Notes: a model not told the origin generated them from the letters alone. Shown: positions 1 through 11,522, counted from the first letter of the stretch. The stretch: 64,000 nucleotides of DNA from Candidatus Eiseniibacteriota bacterium (GCA_026388185.1 JAPLKG010000014.1:276319-340318), one strand, 5' to 3'. Numbers and translations are program-made.

Positions 1-3000
1 CTATTGTCTTCTCCTCTCCCGTCCCAACTCACCGTATGCACCCCTTGAAGCTCGCGGCCTTCTACCAATGTCTTCACAAGACGCCCTGATACGTCAAAAA
101 CCCGCACAAGCACGTGCGTGCCGTCCTCAGGCACCCCGTACTCTATCGTCGTCACCGGATTCATCGGGTTCGGATAGTTCTGAACGGCGTAGCCGGCGGC
201 CGGTGTGGCAAGAGTTCGCCCCGGCATTCTCAACGCAAACGGCATACCAGGATCCTGCGTGAGAAACGGTACCCAGTCCACCTTCCCGTAAAAGAGCATC
301 AGGAAATACGGATCGTCGGTCCCCCACCAGTTATACTCCGCCTTCACGCTGTCCGCCGTCCTGTTCATAACCCAGTAGCGACCCACAAGCTGACTGTCAG
401 TGAAGATCCGATTCACCCCAGAGTCAGGCTGCGCTCCCATGTCCGCATGCGCACTGTTCTTCACAACAACACCAAAATACGTGTAGTCGGTGATGCTGTT
501 CCTCTTAATCCCCACCTCCGCGCTTCCCTCTACGCTTATGCCAACTGTCCCGTTGTCCGCAAACACGTTCCGCTCCACTTGAAGATCGGAGCTACCGTAA
601 ACCTTCATCCCGGCAAGTACGTTCTCGATTCTGTTGTACGAAACCGATCCAGAAGTGATACCTGAGCTCTTGATCCCGTAGCGCAGACCCGAGGATGAGC
701 CGGTTATCACGTTGTGGTTCACGTCTACCACCAGGCAACTCAGTAGCTCAATGCCACTCACTCCGGTGCTACCAACGTCCAAAGTGTCGTAGCTGAGATA
801 CACGTCAGACTTGGAGATCTTGATCCCGTCGTTCGTGAAGTCCCTAAACACTCCGTGAGCCACCGTGAGACTTTCATACTCCGCCCGAAGCCCATTCTGG
901 AAGCCGGAAACGAAGACGTTCTCCACTGTGGTCCTACCCCTCACGGTCTCACTCACGCCGACCAGATCGATGCCGCACTCTCCGCCTCCCGCACTGCACC
1001 TAACACTGTCACCGACGAGCGTGTCAGCCAGGCAGTACTGCACGTAGATCCCGGTTGTTCCCGCGCCAGTCATGTCAAAACTCGACCCCTTCACCGAACA
1101 CGTGCACGCAAGAGCCCCAAAGAACTGAAGACCCGTGTTTGAGATATCCAGTAAGCGGCATCCATCGGCATACAGGTCCGTGTATGCACAGCGGAGCCCA
1201 TACTCGTGGTCCGACACGGTCACGCTGTCAAGACACAGCCCCACTGTCTCCATCACCCCGTAGCCCTTTATCCCGCACGTCAGACTATCTGCATCGCCGG
1301 AAATGGTCGTGGTACTGATGGAACCATGAGAACCCTGAGAAAGAAAAACCCCAACACTGTTCTTCCGAGAGACCCCGATGTCGCTACCCACGATCTCGAA
1401 TAATGAGCTTTCTCCGGATGCATTAAGACCATATTCCTCGCATCCCACCATTGAACAGTCGGTAAGATACGCGCTCGAAGCTTCGCCAGGCATATTGACA
1501 CCGCATCTCGGATGTCCTGCTATTGAGAAGTTATTGAGATGGGCGATCGCCCCTTGCCCCATCTCTACTCCCGCCTCTACGTTCTCGCCTTCGAGGCTAG
1601 TGTTAGTGACCTCGAGCACGCCGTCTACGCCAGTGAGGTCAATCCCGTAGTCTCCATCACCGCTTACCGTACAGTTCTCCAGTCTCACTTCCGCGTAGTC
1701 TCCCACGCGCACCCCGGTGTTGAGATCACAATTATCCAGAGTCAACGTCCCGTAGTCCGTTGCACGCACCCCGGTGTCGCTGTTGAAGCTTTCCAGAATG
1801 CTGTTCGAAGCCACTAACTCGCTCCCCACGCCTATGACGTCAATAACGTGCTCCGCACAACTAGTGATCCAACAACTGTCGAGTGCAACACTCCCGCTAT
1901 CGCTCACGATCACTCCCACGTCTCCATACTTGAGCGAACAGCACTTCATCTCCAGGTTCCCACTGCAATATATCCCTGCCCAGTCCCCAGGCTCTGGACT
2001 CTGCGCAGCCGGCACAAACCTGATAGGTTCGCCCGGGCTACCAACCGCATTCAGATCACCCGCCACTCGAAGGCTGCACGCCTCCGCAATGCTCACGTAC
2101 GTGCCGGGCTCAACAGCCAAGTCTGCACTCGCTTCAACTGTTACGTTTCCATTGACACGAATTGTGTCCATCCAGATAAAGTCGCCCGAAATAGAGCCAT
2201 GAGTCCAATACGGCACCACCTCGTAGGCATATCTGTAGTCCCACTCACTGTAATCATCCCCGCTCGGGTCGGGATCCCGGCCCGTTAGGCCCAGGATCAC
2301 CAAGGCAGCCTTCACCGAGTCGCCGAACTCTTCCACCGCAATGTTCACCTGCCCGCTACCAGCAGGCACATCAAGCTTCTTGACGTCAATCACGTCCTCC
2401 CCAGACTGAAACACGTGCTCCGCCGAGGAATAGGTGATGACAGATACCTGAAGCCTCTGCCCATACGGACCAAGCGGGAGCACGTCGTCCTGGCCTTCGG
2501 GTTGCCGCACAAAAACCTTGAGACTACAGGGACCGTCTGATCCGCTCTGAAAGTTGTACGTCGACTTAAACAGAATATAGTCGGCGCCCCAGGCACGTAG
2601 TGTGATGCTCGTATCAGCCGCTGGTGGCCCCGTCCATAGCGAATCGCTAGGATGACGGTATTGCGTAACCCATGCCCCACGATTAACCCACGTGCTGTCC
2701 AGCACATGCTCGTTCGGCAGAACCCCCGAGTTCGGAGCTCCAAGATCGATGTCTCTGAATAGACCCAGATCCTGGTAGGGACTAAAACCACGACCAAAAC
2801 CAAGCGTAACCGAATCGCCGGGAGCAATTCTTGTCGTGTCATCCAGTGCCTTAGCTATGGACCAATCCTGGAACAGAGCACAGAGTTTGCCCATACGCGT
2901 GCTATCCCCAGGAGCCAGCTTCGTGTGCCACGGCTTTGTAGGATCAATCAAGACTTCGCCGAGCTGGTACATACCCCGATCCGCAGTGTAAGACTGAGTA

Positions 3001-3976
3001 ACTGCTCTCAACCACTGATAGAGAAGATCGTCCTCATAACTCGACTCGTCAGTGTTGAATTGCTGCAATAGATAGACTGCAAACAACCTCCACATCCCGT
3101 ACGGATTAAGGGCATCGTAGCCCTGCCCAAGAAGGCTTTGGCCACACGGAAGGTCGTACTGGAGCTGCCACAAGTAGCTGCTGTCCGGCGCCACGCCAGA
3201 AAGATACTCCGCTGCCGTTGAGAAGAACTCGTTCGGCCAGCCTGTGCTCTGCATGCCTGTATTTGAGCGAAAACACATGTGCTGGTACTCATGATTAAAC
3301 CTCAGATTGCAGGCCCTGCCTGACTTGTACCAATTGGGATTCCCCGCGTCTAACCCGTAGGGGCCATCGTAACCCTGAAGGCTGTTAAAGTGGTAGGCTG
3401 TGATCGTGCTTGTACTGTCCTCGTCCCAGTCCCAGAAACCTGATGGATACAGTCCAACACACGTGGTCCAATCACCCGGCAACTCGGCCTCGTTACCGGC
3501 AAGATAAAAGTCAACGTGGTTCTCCTCTGATGAGTCGGGATAGCCGAGATTGAAAAGGACGTTCGACGGATCCTCCCCGGGCCGCTGGCCATACGGATAA
3601 TCCGGCCGCGCAAAATAGTTGTAGATGAGTGCAAAATCGTGATAGGGTAGACCGAATTCATTATCCCACAGTCCGTCAAGCTCCCAGAGTAAATCATCCA
3701 CTGCCTGCTCCGTGTCTCCCACTACTGCTCCGATCCTCGACAGAACCACAGGTGAAAGCAGAAGATTGAAGTCATACTGGATCCGTTCCTCGCTCGAATG
3801 GTGATACGGAGCGAAGTTGAATGTCGTATCTATTGTTGCTTCGCTAGACTGAGGACCCGCCGGGAAGGTGATCCCGGTACCGTGTCCTCCAATAGCCAGG
3901 AGACTCGGAGGAAAAAGAAGGAAAATCGCGACAACAAGCAGAAACAAAGCAAATATCAGTGCACCTCGCCTGTACA
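1..3976 (-). CDS. Giant secreted multidomain protein, 3' end beyond window start. Has a signal peptide (MYRRGALIFALFLLVVAIFLLF), an HEXXH metalloprotease-like N-domain (NHEYQHM, M36/M6-like), long parallel beta-helix repeat region and a T9SS C-terminal sorting domain (...THVLVRVFDVSGRLVKTLVEGRELQGVHTVSWDGRGEDN...). An apparent -1 frameshift near 3895 separates the signal peptide from the body.
   Basis: Hand translation of the minus strand. ATG at 3976 gives a canonical signal peptide, then hits TAG after about 48 codons. A different frame stays open from about 3905 to position 1 and reads as a coherent protein, including the HEYQH motif near 3270 and a CTD motif in the first 120 nt. The ORF track does not list it because there is no stop inside the window. 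Confidence 0.6.
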
Positions 3977-4036
3977 TGACTGCCCCCTCCTGTCAGCGCG
4001 CGACCTGTCAGCTATAACAATCGATGTGAAAACCTG

Positions 4037-5950
4037 TCAGCGCAATACAACTAACTTCTGGACGCCACCTCTGGCACGCCCTCCTGCCAAGAAACGAGCA
4101 AAGTAGACCCCGGGTCTCACCTCCTTACCCTTCTCGTCCCTTCCGTCCCACAATACCTCTCCCTCTCCCCCAGGACACTCTATGCGCCTCACTAACCTCC
4201 CGGATATATCCATAACCTCGAACTCCGCCTCTCTCCTGGCCCCCGCGTAATAACCCAACATGAAACCCACACCTGACGGATTGGGCCTCACTCCAATAAA
4301 ACCTGCTCTCGTACCTCCCTCACACGGCTTCACCAACACCGGTCCCGCTTCCTCGCACAACTCCACAAAAGGCGACTCTACGTCCAACCAGTATCGATAC
4401 CTCCTGCCCAACTCCACCGTGCTGTCTACAAAACTCTCAACGTCCACCAATGGCTCTACCGTGTACACCAGCTCCCTCTCCCCCTCTGCATCAGGCTCTC
4501 CACAACCACCTGCGTCTGCACGATACACCTCGAACCTCACCTGCCCCCGACAGCTCCACTCAACCACCACCCGCTCTCCCTCTACACGAGCGCTGAAACC
4601 CTTGACCCACGGCTCGTACAGAAAATCATCAGAATACCGAGCCCAAATGTCATAGTCGCTCCCACTGGGACCACCGCTCCGCCTCCACACTACCCACACC
4701 CTACCTCCTCCTACACCCACGTCCGGCCACCCATCTAGTGCCACAAGCTCGCTGTCAGGCTCCGTCACCAACTCCTCCCCCTTCCACCAGCAACCCGACC
4801 AACGGCTTATGTACACGTCCCCACGATACACGTTGTTATGATCTTCCCTCGGCCACACTACTACAGGCCCACCGTCCACAGTGCCGCTCATCATGGGCTT
4901 GTAGTCCCACTCACTCGGAACTGCGTGAGGTAACGGTATGGGACCGCTGATACTCCAGCCCTCACCATCCCAAAAAGCTCCACGAATATCGGAAGTGCTG
5001 TCAAGGTACACTATCCAGGGGCCCTCACCGCCGCTGAAACATATCGAAGGACCACGGCCCTTAATGGAGAGAAGGGACTCCGACCAACCTGTGTCACCCC
5101 GATAGATGCAGTGAAGCGTATCTATATAGTCCATCGCTTGCCATACAACCCAAGGTACACCTGCGTCAAACACCGCTATGTCTGGATACCCGTCCTGAAT
5201 CTCCGGATGATCTATGTGCTCCAATGATGACCATATCCCATCCACACGACTGCGGAAGAAGAGATCGTAGTCATACTTCGTCCCCCTCTTCACAGGGGTG
5301 CTTATCACCCCCCAAACCAACATCGTGTCCACGCACGCCATCTCATAGATCTGTCCTTCCCCGCCTCCCGCATACAGCGTCTCGGGCTCACACCAGCCTG
5401 CACCGGCCCAGTGCGTCGTCAACACGTCACAGTAAGGCGACGTCCCTCCTCGATACCGCTCCCAAATCACCCACGGAATGCCATCTCCCCCAATCGACGC
5501 TCCCCCCAACCATGCATCCTTCTGCACATTGTCCGGGTGCACCCTCTCCTCGGGCGTCCAACCATCCCCTGTCCAACGAGAGTACATAATCTCAAAATCA
5601 CCCTGACTAGCGTCAATACCCATCCAAAACACCCAAGCCGTCCCCACACTGTCAACTACCACCCTTACGCTCAAGTCGTCAGAGGTATCCTCCACATTAA
5701 CCTGCATCTCAGGACTCCACATGGCTGCAAAAACGGAAGATGCTGTTGAAAGGAGAAAAGCGCAAGACAGAACAGAGGTTGTCAAGAGCAGTACTGTGCG
5801 GTCGAGCAGATGTGTGCGGCTAACACCGCGGCCAAGCCAGCGGTCACGCCCACGGCCGTGATCGCCTCTGGAACCCAGCCTCCCGCCTTGCCTGCGTGAA
5901 ATAGCCCCCTCACGAGCGGACCACATGTCACAAACCTCGAGTGAAACCAA
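4037..5950 (-). CDS. Secreted Trp/Gly-rich repeat protein (beta-propeller-like, with 'W-x-G-x-G-W' repeats spaced about 50 aa) carrying a T9SS C-terminal sorting domain (..GVYFARFLAGGRARGGVQKLVVLR). The true start is probably internal (TTG/ATG near 5790) giving signal peptide TTSVLSCAFLLSTASSVFA.
   Basis: 637-aa ORF. The C-terminal 80 aa match the Por/T9SS CTD pattern. Periodic motifs RWTGDGW, HWAGAGW, RGDTGWS, WDGEGWS, RWSGCWW. Confidence 0.6.
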   Translation of the reverse strand: MVSLEVCDMWSAREGAISRRQGGRLGSRGDHGRGRDRWLGRGVSRTHLLDRTVLLLTTSVLSCAFLLSTASSVFAAMWSPEMQVNVEDTSDDLSVRVVVDSVGTAWVFWMGIDASQGDFEIMYSRWTGDGWTPEERVHPDNVQKDAWLGGASIGGDGIPWVIWERYRGGTSPYCDVLTTHWAGAGWCEPETLYAGGGEGQIYEMACVDTMLVWGVISTPVKRGTKYDYDLFFRSRVDGIWSSLEHIDHPEIQDGYPDIAVFDAGVPWVVWQAMDYIDTLHCIYRGDTGWSESLLSIKGRGPSICFSGGEGPWIVYLDSTSDIRGAFWDGEGWSISGPIPLPHAVPSEWDYKPMMSGTVDGGPVVVWPREDHNNVYRGDVYISRWSGCWWKGEELVTEPDSELVALDGWPDVGVGGGRVWVVWRRSGGPSGSDYDIWARYSDDFLYEPWVKGFSARVEGERVVVEWSCRGQVRFEVYRADAGGCGEPDAEGERELVYTVEPLVDVESFVDSTVELGRRYRYWLDVESPFVELCEEAGPVLVKPCEGGTRAGFIGVRPNPSGVGFMLGYYAGARREAEFEVMDISGRLVRRIECPGGEGEVLWDGRDEKGKEVRPGVYFARFLAGGRARGGVQKLVVLR

Positions 5951-6201
5951 TGCACACTCCGCCGTAAATCAAACTTCTGCCGCAGCACAAAGCTAGCGCT
6001 CCCACCGCTCTCTGTCAACACATTTCTGAGAGTACAGGATGACCCCGCATTGACCGTGCTGTGCCTTGCGAACGCATAACGCGGGCGGCCAATTGGGATG
6101 TCTTACCACACGCCGATGTGCGTTGACACGACAGCGGTAGCGTTGGATAATCGCTTGAGGCCGGCGAAAACAGAGGCCGCGACGGAGACTGAACCCGAAA
6201 A

Positions 6202-7128
6202 ATGGACCCGATGCCGACAATGTCACAATCGCGCAGGGAACTTCTCAAAGAGAAGCTCGGCGAGCTCTATCTGAGCTACGATGCAGGTTATGTAGACTCG
6301 GACCCTATCCAATTTCCACACAGGTACGGCGACGCTCGTGACAAGGAGGTAGCCGGCTTCATTGCTTCCGCACTTGCGTACGGAAGTGTCGCGACGATCA
6401 AGAAAGACTTGGAGATAGTATTCACAGTCCTGGGGGCCGATCCATACGATGCAGTGCTCACGGCAAGACCCAACGAATTGCTCTCTGCTCTCGGGGGATT
6501 CAAGCATCGCTTCACCACCGCCAGGCACCTGGCCTGGTTTCTTCTCGCTACAAAGGAAATCCTGTCCAAGCACGGGAGTCTCAAAGCGTTCTTTCTCGAG
6601 GGATACTCGAAAGACGCGCCGACTATCAGGGATTCCTTGGGTTCTTTCGCGGGAAGGTTCCTTCGATACGGAGGCCGGACGATTTATCGCAGCGTTGAGG
6701 ATGCGCGAGACGACGGGGCGCTCTTTCTTGTCCCCTCGCCACTGACCGGCAGCGCCTGCAAGCGGCTCAACCTTTTCCTCCGGTGGATGGTTAGGACCGC
6801 CGACAAAATCGATTTTGGCCTCTGGCCGGAGGTAAGTCCTTCGCAGCTTGTGATTCCTCTCGATACTCATGTGGCTCGTCTTTCTCATTACTTGGGACTT
6901 ACGAGGCGCAAAACGAGCGATTGGAAGACGGCGGAGGAGATCACGCAAGCCCTCAAGACGCTTGACCCGCGGGATCCTTTGAAATATGATTTCTCTCTTA
7001 CGAGACTCGGTATTCTGCGGGACTGCGTGGTCAGGAAGAATGACACAAAATGCAGAGAATGTCTGCTTGTCGGGATTTGTGAAAGAGGAGCCGCAGTCGC
7101 GAGAGGAAGGGCGCAGGGAGCGAGCTGA
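6202..7128 (+). CDS. Conserved hypothetical protein, TIGR02757/DUF2400-like
   Basis: 308-aa ORF. Motifs (..IPLDTHVARL.., ..FLRWMVR..) recalled as DUF2400-family. Assigned from memory only. Confidence 0.45.
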   Translation: MDPMPTMSQSRRELLKEKLGELYLSYDAGYVDSDPIQFPHRYGDARDKEVAGFIASALAYGSVATIKKDLEIVFTVLGADPYDAVLTARPNELLSALGGFKHRFTTARHLAWFLLATKEILSKHGSLKAFFLEGYSKDAPTIRDSLGSFAGRFLRYGGRTIYRSVEDARDDGALFLVPSPLTGSACKRLNLFLRWMVRTADKIDFGLWPEVSPSQLVIPLDTHVARLSHYLGLTRRKTSDWKTAEEITQALKTLDPRDPLKYDFSLTRLGILRDCVVRKNDTKCRECLLVGICERGAAVARGRAQGAS

Positions 7129-7165
7129 GGGACGTTCGGGCAGCTAATCGGGAGAAAAACCTCGT

Positions 7166-7819
7166 ATGAATTCTCTTGCAAGGTTCTTGAGACACAGTTT
7201 CCTCGCGGGGATCCTCGTGATAGTCCCTCTGGGCGTGACCTATCTCATCCTGAAACTGGTGTTCAATGCCGTTGACAACATCCTGGCCCCATACATCGAA
7301 CGGCTTATCGGACTTGACATTCCAGGGCTCGGCGTTGCCGCTACGATAGTGCTGGTGTTTCTGGCGGGGCTGGTTGCGACAAACGTTCTTGGGAAGACGC
7401 TGCTCAACTATTTTCACAGGGGTGTGTCAAAGATTCCCGTGGTGGGTAGTGTGTACGTTTCCGCAAAGCAGGTGATAGAGGCTCTCGGCACGGCCGACAC
7501 ACAGTCTTTCAAGAGGGTAGTGTTCATTGAGTATCCTAGGAATGGACTTCTAATGATGGGTTTTGTTACCAGGGAGCACTACGCGGTCATTGACAAACAA
7601 GGAAACAAAACCGAGGTAATAAACGTCTTTCTTCCGACCACCCCAAACCCAACAACGGGCTTTCTCGTTGTATGTAGGTCGTCGGACGCCATAAGGGCAG
7701 GCATCACCGTGGAGCAGGGAATAAAGCTGGTCGTTTCCGGGGGTATAGTTGCGCCCCCAGAGCCACTCATGGTCGAGAGCACCGAAGCGCTGCTGAGAGA
7801 GAACGAAACGTCCGCGTGA
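7166..7819 (+). CDS. DUF502 family membrane protein
   Basis: N-terminal TM helices. Motifs IPVVGSVYVSAKQV, RVVFIEYPRNG, GFVT, PTTPNPTTGFL typical of DUF502/COG2928. Confidence 0.7.
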   Translation: MNSLARFLRHSFLAGILVIVPLGVTYLILKLVFNAVDNILAPYIERLIGLDIPGLGVAATIVLVFLAGLVATNVLGKTLLNYFHRGVSKIPVVGSVYVSAKQVIEALGTADTQSFKRVVFIEYPRNGLLMMGFVTREHYAVIDKQGNKTEVINVFLPTTPNPTTGFLVVCRSSDAIRAGITVEQGIKLVVSGGIVAPPEPLMVESTEALLRENETSA

Positions 7820-7915
7820 CGCTACGACCACGTTCCCGCTGATAGCCGCCGCTGATTGGGTCGCGCGACGCCGCACCGCGCTTCCCTGCGACCCGCCCCC
7901 AAGCTTTGAATCGCC

Positions 7916-8956
7916 CTACTTTTTTTCTGCCGGCCGCTCTGCCGCCAGTTCCGAAAGTATCTTCTCGTATCTCGGGTCAGACCTCACGTTGTTGAGGTCT
8001 GAGTCCGTGCGAGCCAAAGAACCCAATTTGGGGCTGAGTCTCAAAGCTATTTCCAGTTCCTTGAGGCTATTGTCAGCGTCACCGGCCAGCGACAAGAAGC
8101 AGGCGAGGTCGTAGTGCGCGTCGCCGTAGTCTGGTCTATATTCTACTGCTTTCCTGGCTGCTTCCACTGCTTCCTTGTACTTGCCTTGACCGTAAAGAGC
8201 GCTAGCTTCGTTCAGTCTTGACATGGCATGTTGAATCTTGAGAAGCCTGCCCAGTTCCTTAATCGGTTCGGAGTTATCGTCTACTCTCAGGTCAATATAG
8301 CGGTCGTTGAATCCTGCATATCCGCCGCTATCTCTGACCACAAAGAGCGCGGCAGATTGCTGACCCCTTGAGTCTCCACCGGCGGACTGTCCGGCTTCGA
8401 GCGCGGCCAGGAGTCTGTCGGCCAGCTCACCTTTCGCTTTCTCGAATGCCTCGCCCATTGCCGCCACAACCTGCTCGCTGACAAGTATGTTTCCCTGCGC
8501 CGAGTAGTGCGTACCGGTTTTCCCGCCGGCCCAGGGATTGCAGCCCTTTCCGGTGTACGTGGCCGCGTTTCCCTCTGCGTCCACAATACCAACCTGACGC
8601 CTGTCTCTTCCTTCGTCCGCGGACGTGAGTGCTTCAATGACTTCGGCCGGAGTTTTTCCGCTTGCCAGGAGCTCAAGGCCTTTCGGACCGTAAGTGGTGT
8701 TACCAAACGCCTGCGTGGCGATTGCACCGACACCGGCCTTGGCCCACGGCACAACGGAGCCGACCGCGAAAAACTTGGACTCTACCGCCACGCCCAGGTC
8801 CTTCGTCTCCGGGTCGTAGGCTACGATGGAAAACGTAGCCACGGGTACCTGATGAAAGGGAGGCGCAGGCAGAATGGCCGGCGCCATCGCAGGAGCCAGA
8901 ACGGCCACAATTGCAGAGACCAAGACCAAGAGTGTGAAAAGTGAACAGCGTGACAT
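7916..8956 (-). CDS. Secreted DUF1028 (Ntn-hydrolase-like) protein with C-terminal TPR repeats
   Basis: ATFSIVAYDPETKDLGVAVESKFFAVGSVVPWAKAGVGAIATQA is the DUF1028 signature. AGGAGG RBS sits 7 nt before ATG at 8956 (MSRCSLFTLLVLV signal peptide). TPR-like C-terminus. Confidence 0.7.
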   Translation of the reverse strand: MSRCSLFTLLVLVSAIVAVLAPAMAPAILPAPPFHQVPVATFSIVAYDPETKDLGVAVESKFFAVGSVVPWAKAGVGAIATQAFGNTTYGPKGLELLASGKTPAEVIEALTSADEGRDRRQVGIVDAEGNAATYTGKGCNPWAGGKTGTHYSAQGNILVSEQVVAAMGEAFEKAKGELADRLLAALEAGQSAGGDSRGQQSAALFVVRDSGGYAGFNDRYIDLRVDDNSEPIKELGRLLKIQHAMSRLNEASALYGQGKYKEAVEAARKAVEYRPDYGDAHYDLACFLSLAGDADNSLKELEIALRLSPKLGSLARTDSDLNNVRSDPRYEKILSELAAERPAEKK

Positions 8957-9116
8957 TTTGCCTCCCTCCTCGAACGGGGCCATGAATCGACGGTGGCGGC
9001 GAGTCTGTCTGGAACCTGCCGAAAAAGTTAACAAACAGCGGGAGCCGGGTCAACATGCTTTTGCCGGTCGGAGCGAAAGTCGCTGCGTCTCTGCGCGTGT
9101 ACTCAGGCATGCATCT

Positions 9117-11066
9117 TCAGTTGCGGTAGCGTTCCTGTGTGGGGAGGAAGGCGGCTTTGGTGACCACCTTGGAGAGCATTCTGGCGTGTGTTTCCTCGAG
9201 TCCTGCAATCTCTCTCTCGAGTTGTCTTGCCGACAACTTTTTCTTTCTATTCTGAATCGAGCGCAGAAGTTCGCGGAATTCCTTACCCGTTAGGGCCTCT
9301 CTCTTCACAAGAATGTCCTTCAATTTGAACAATTCATAATAGTGCGACGTGAGCACGTCGAGCGCTCGCTTTTCTGCTTCGAGCACCATGAAGTCGATCT
9401 GTCGTCTCAGAGCTTCTCTGTCGTGTTCTTTGTCGGGCAGCACGTAGCCGTTTCCGAACCCTATCTCCGTTACTGCGTAGTCCAGGAGATCCCTGAGCAC
9501 CTGAAGATCGCTCGAGGCGCCGTCGGTCTTTTCGTTCTCGGGGTACATCAGTTCCTCCGCAACCCGGCCGCCGATGAGCGTGGCGATTCCGTCGAGGAGC
9601 ATGTCCTTGCTCATCAGGTATCTGCCCTCTCTTTGATAGGGCCTCGTGTAACCGAGTTGCTCCCCCTTGCCCACGATTGATATCTTGGCCACCGGGCTTG
9701 CGTTGGGCAGAAACTGGGAGACCAACGCGTGACCCAGCTCGTGGACCGCGACTATTTCTTTTTCCTTGTCCGTCAACCTGTGAGTGCTTCCGGCTCCTTC
9801 AACGATTCTGTCGAACGCCTCCCGCATCTTGTCTCCGTCGATTCCGCAGCGACAGCGTGCGGCGACCGCGAGTATTGCCGCGTCGTTGAGAAGATTCTCT
9901 ATTTTTTCGGGCGTGAACCCCGCGGTGTCGCGCGCCCATCTGTCCAGATCAAGGGTTCTCTCGATGAGTTTTTTTCTTGGGTTTTGAGCGAGTACCTTTC
10001 TGCTCGTGGTAGTGTAGATTCGGAAAATTTCGAGTCTTGCCTTGAAATCCGGTTTGTCAATGGGCAAGACTCTGCCGAATCTCTCGTGTCTCAGAAGCGA
10101 GGGGTCCGGTGCCTCCGGGTTACTCGTGGCTCCTATGATCAGCACGTCGTCGGCGCCGGCGAAACCTTCGAACAGCGCGCGGAGGGCAAAGGTGGCGTAA
10201 TCCTGCCCCGCAGCAGGAGCGGGCAGTACTTCGTCCACCAAGATGACGAGAGGAGAGTTTTCCTTGAGCGCCGCAATCGCCTGTGCCATGCCTTCCGAGC
10301 CGAGCTCGCCGTACATTGCCACGAGATCCGTTGCATCTATCTTGAGCATGGGCACACCGGCTTCGCCGGCCATTGCGATTGCAAGGGAGGGCTTGCCGGC
10401 ACCGTGGGGTCCCTTGAGTAGCACACCCTTCGGCAGTCTCGCCCCGATTTCTCTGAATCTGGAAGGAGTCCTGAAGAATGCGACGAATCTCATCAGCTCC
10501 CTCTTTGCGTCAATGTTTCCTCCGACGTCCTTGAACCTGAGAGAGGGCCTGAACTTCTTGAGCGTGAACTTGGGGCTTGAGGTCTTTTGCTCGGACACCA
10601 CCCCGTCCCCGAGGGTTCTTTCCTGCCGCAGATCAGACTCGGGAACGTCGACTGAAACCGTCGTGGCTATTTCGTACGCTCTTTTCATGAATTCCGAGAA
10701 GAATTTCTTGGAGAAACTCGAGGCCATTTTCTTCATTTCTGGTTCGGCATGGAGCCCGAACGTACCCTTCTTCTGTCCGATCTGAAGCCGCGAGTACATT
10801 CTGCCCAGATACTCAGCCAGCGCCTTGACGGGATTGTGAAGCTGACTTAGGTCCATCATGTTTTGTGCGATCGATTCACCGATGAGTTTTTCCAGTTGCC
10901 GGCGCTGGATCTGCGGGAGGTCTTTCTGCCCCGGCTTGCTCTGAACAACAAGGGAAGCAAGAGACTTCGCCATTTTCCTGGCCTCATCTCTTGTCAGGCC
11001 GGTGCGTGACGCGCCGCTCTGTTTCTTGGTGGCGGATTTATTGAGAGCTCTCTTGTTGGCGTTCAT
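9117..11066 (-). CDS. Soluble FtsH-like protein with degenerate AAA module and intact HEXXH peptidase M41 motif (pseudo-ATPase protease paralog)
   Basis: Aligns by eye with the canonical FtsH at 45580-47733. Walker A GPHGAGKPS (Thr to Pro), Walker B VDEV, arginine-finger region RHERFGR in place of RPGRFDR, sensor-1 ATSNPE. Peptidase part keeps HELGHAL. No TM segments. Basic 200-aa N-domain. Confidence 0.7.
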   Translation of the reverse strand: MNANKRALNKSATKKQSGASRTGLTRDEARKMAKSLASLVVQSKPGQKDLPQIQRRQLEKLIGESIAQNMMDLSQLHNPVKALAEYLGRMYSRLQIGQKKGTFGLHAEPEMKKMASSFSKKFFSEFMKRAYEIATTVSVDVPESDLRQERTLGDGVVSEQKTSSPKFTLKKFRPSLRFKDVGGNIDAKRELMRFVAFFRTPSRFREIGARLPKGVLLKGPHGAGKPSLAIAMAGEAGVPMLKIDATDLVAMYGELGSEGMAQAIAALKENSPLVILVDEVLPAPAAGQDYATFALRALFEGFAGADDVLIIGATSNPEAPDPSLLRHERFGRVLPIDKPDFKARLEIFRIYTTTSRKVLAQNPRKKLIERTLDLDRWARDTAGFTPEKIENLLNDAAILAVAARCRCGIDGDKMREAFDRIVEGAGSTHRLTDKEKEIVAVHELGHALVSQFLPNASPVAKISIVGKGEQLGYTRPYQREGRYLMSKDMLLDGIATLIGGRVAEELMYPENEKTDGASSDLQVLRDLLDYAVTEIGFGNGYVLPDKEHDREALRRQIDFMVLEAEKRALDVLTSHYYELFKLKDILVKREALTGKEFRELLRSIQNRKKKLSARQLEREIAGLEETHARMLSKVVTKAAFLPTQERYRN

Positions 11067-11218
11067 TTCTATGCCGTCTCCTCCAACGCGCTCATGAAGC
11101 TTCCCGCGCTCAAATCGTTCGACCGGCTCGAGACCCTTGGTTCGCCCAACTATACTATCGGCATTTTCCGGGACGGAGTTCGCCGGTTACTTCTTCCTGC
11201 CGGTTGCTCTTTCACCAG

Positions 11219-11446
11219 CTATTTTTTCCTGACGTAGGCCTTGTAAACCTCCCCGTCCTCCTCGACGCCCAGAAACTCGTTCTTCGTGGCCCTGCACCAG
11301 GCCGGCATGTCTTCCTTTATTCCCTCGTCAGTTGATATTACTTCCAGTACTTGGCCCGGCTGCATTTCCTTGATTTTCTCGGCGGTTCTCACAATGGGCA
11401 TCGGACAGAGAAGACCGAACGCATCGAGTGTAAAGTCAGCCTTCAT
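11219..11446 (-). CDS. tusA: TusA-like sulfurtransferase (CPxP motif LLCPMP)
   Basis: 75 aa, motif GLLCPMPIV with conserved catalytic Cys. Confidence 0.8.
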   Translation of the reverse strand: MKADFTLDAFGLLCPMPIVRTAEKIKEMQPGQVLEVISTDEGIKEDMPAWCRATKNEFLGVEEDGEVYKAYVRKK

Positions 11447-11522
11447 GGTGCCTCCAACAATGCGAGGGAGCGACGTCGAAGCCGTCGTTCCCCTGCGGTC
11501 CCGGTAGAACGAACGTAGTGTC

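Noticed and set aside
114-2288. Numerous plus-strand ORFs (114-665, 855-1142, 1378-1650, 1774-2202, 1848-2288 etc.) and short minus-strand ORFs (2390-2842, 3008-3292, 3350-3697)
   Set aside because: They are alternative frames of, or antisense to, the giant minus-strand gene. Their translations are low-complexity and Arg/Pro/Ser-rich, typical of open frames in high-GC DNA, whereas the frame I call reads as a coherent folded protein with a signal peptide, HEXXH site and T9SS CTD.
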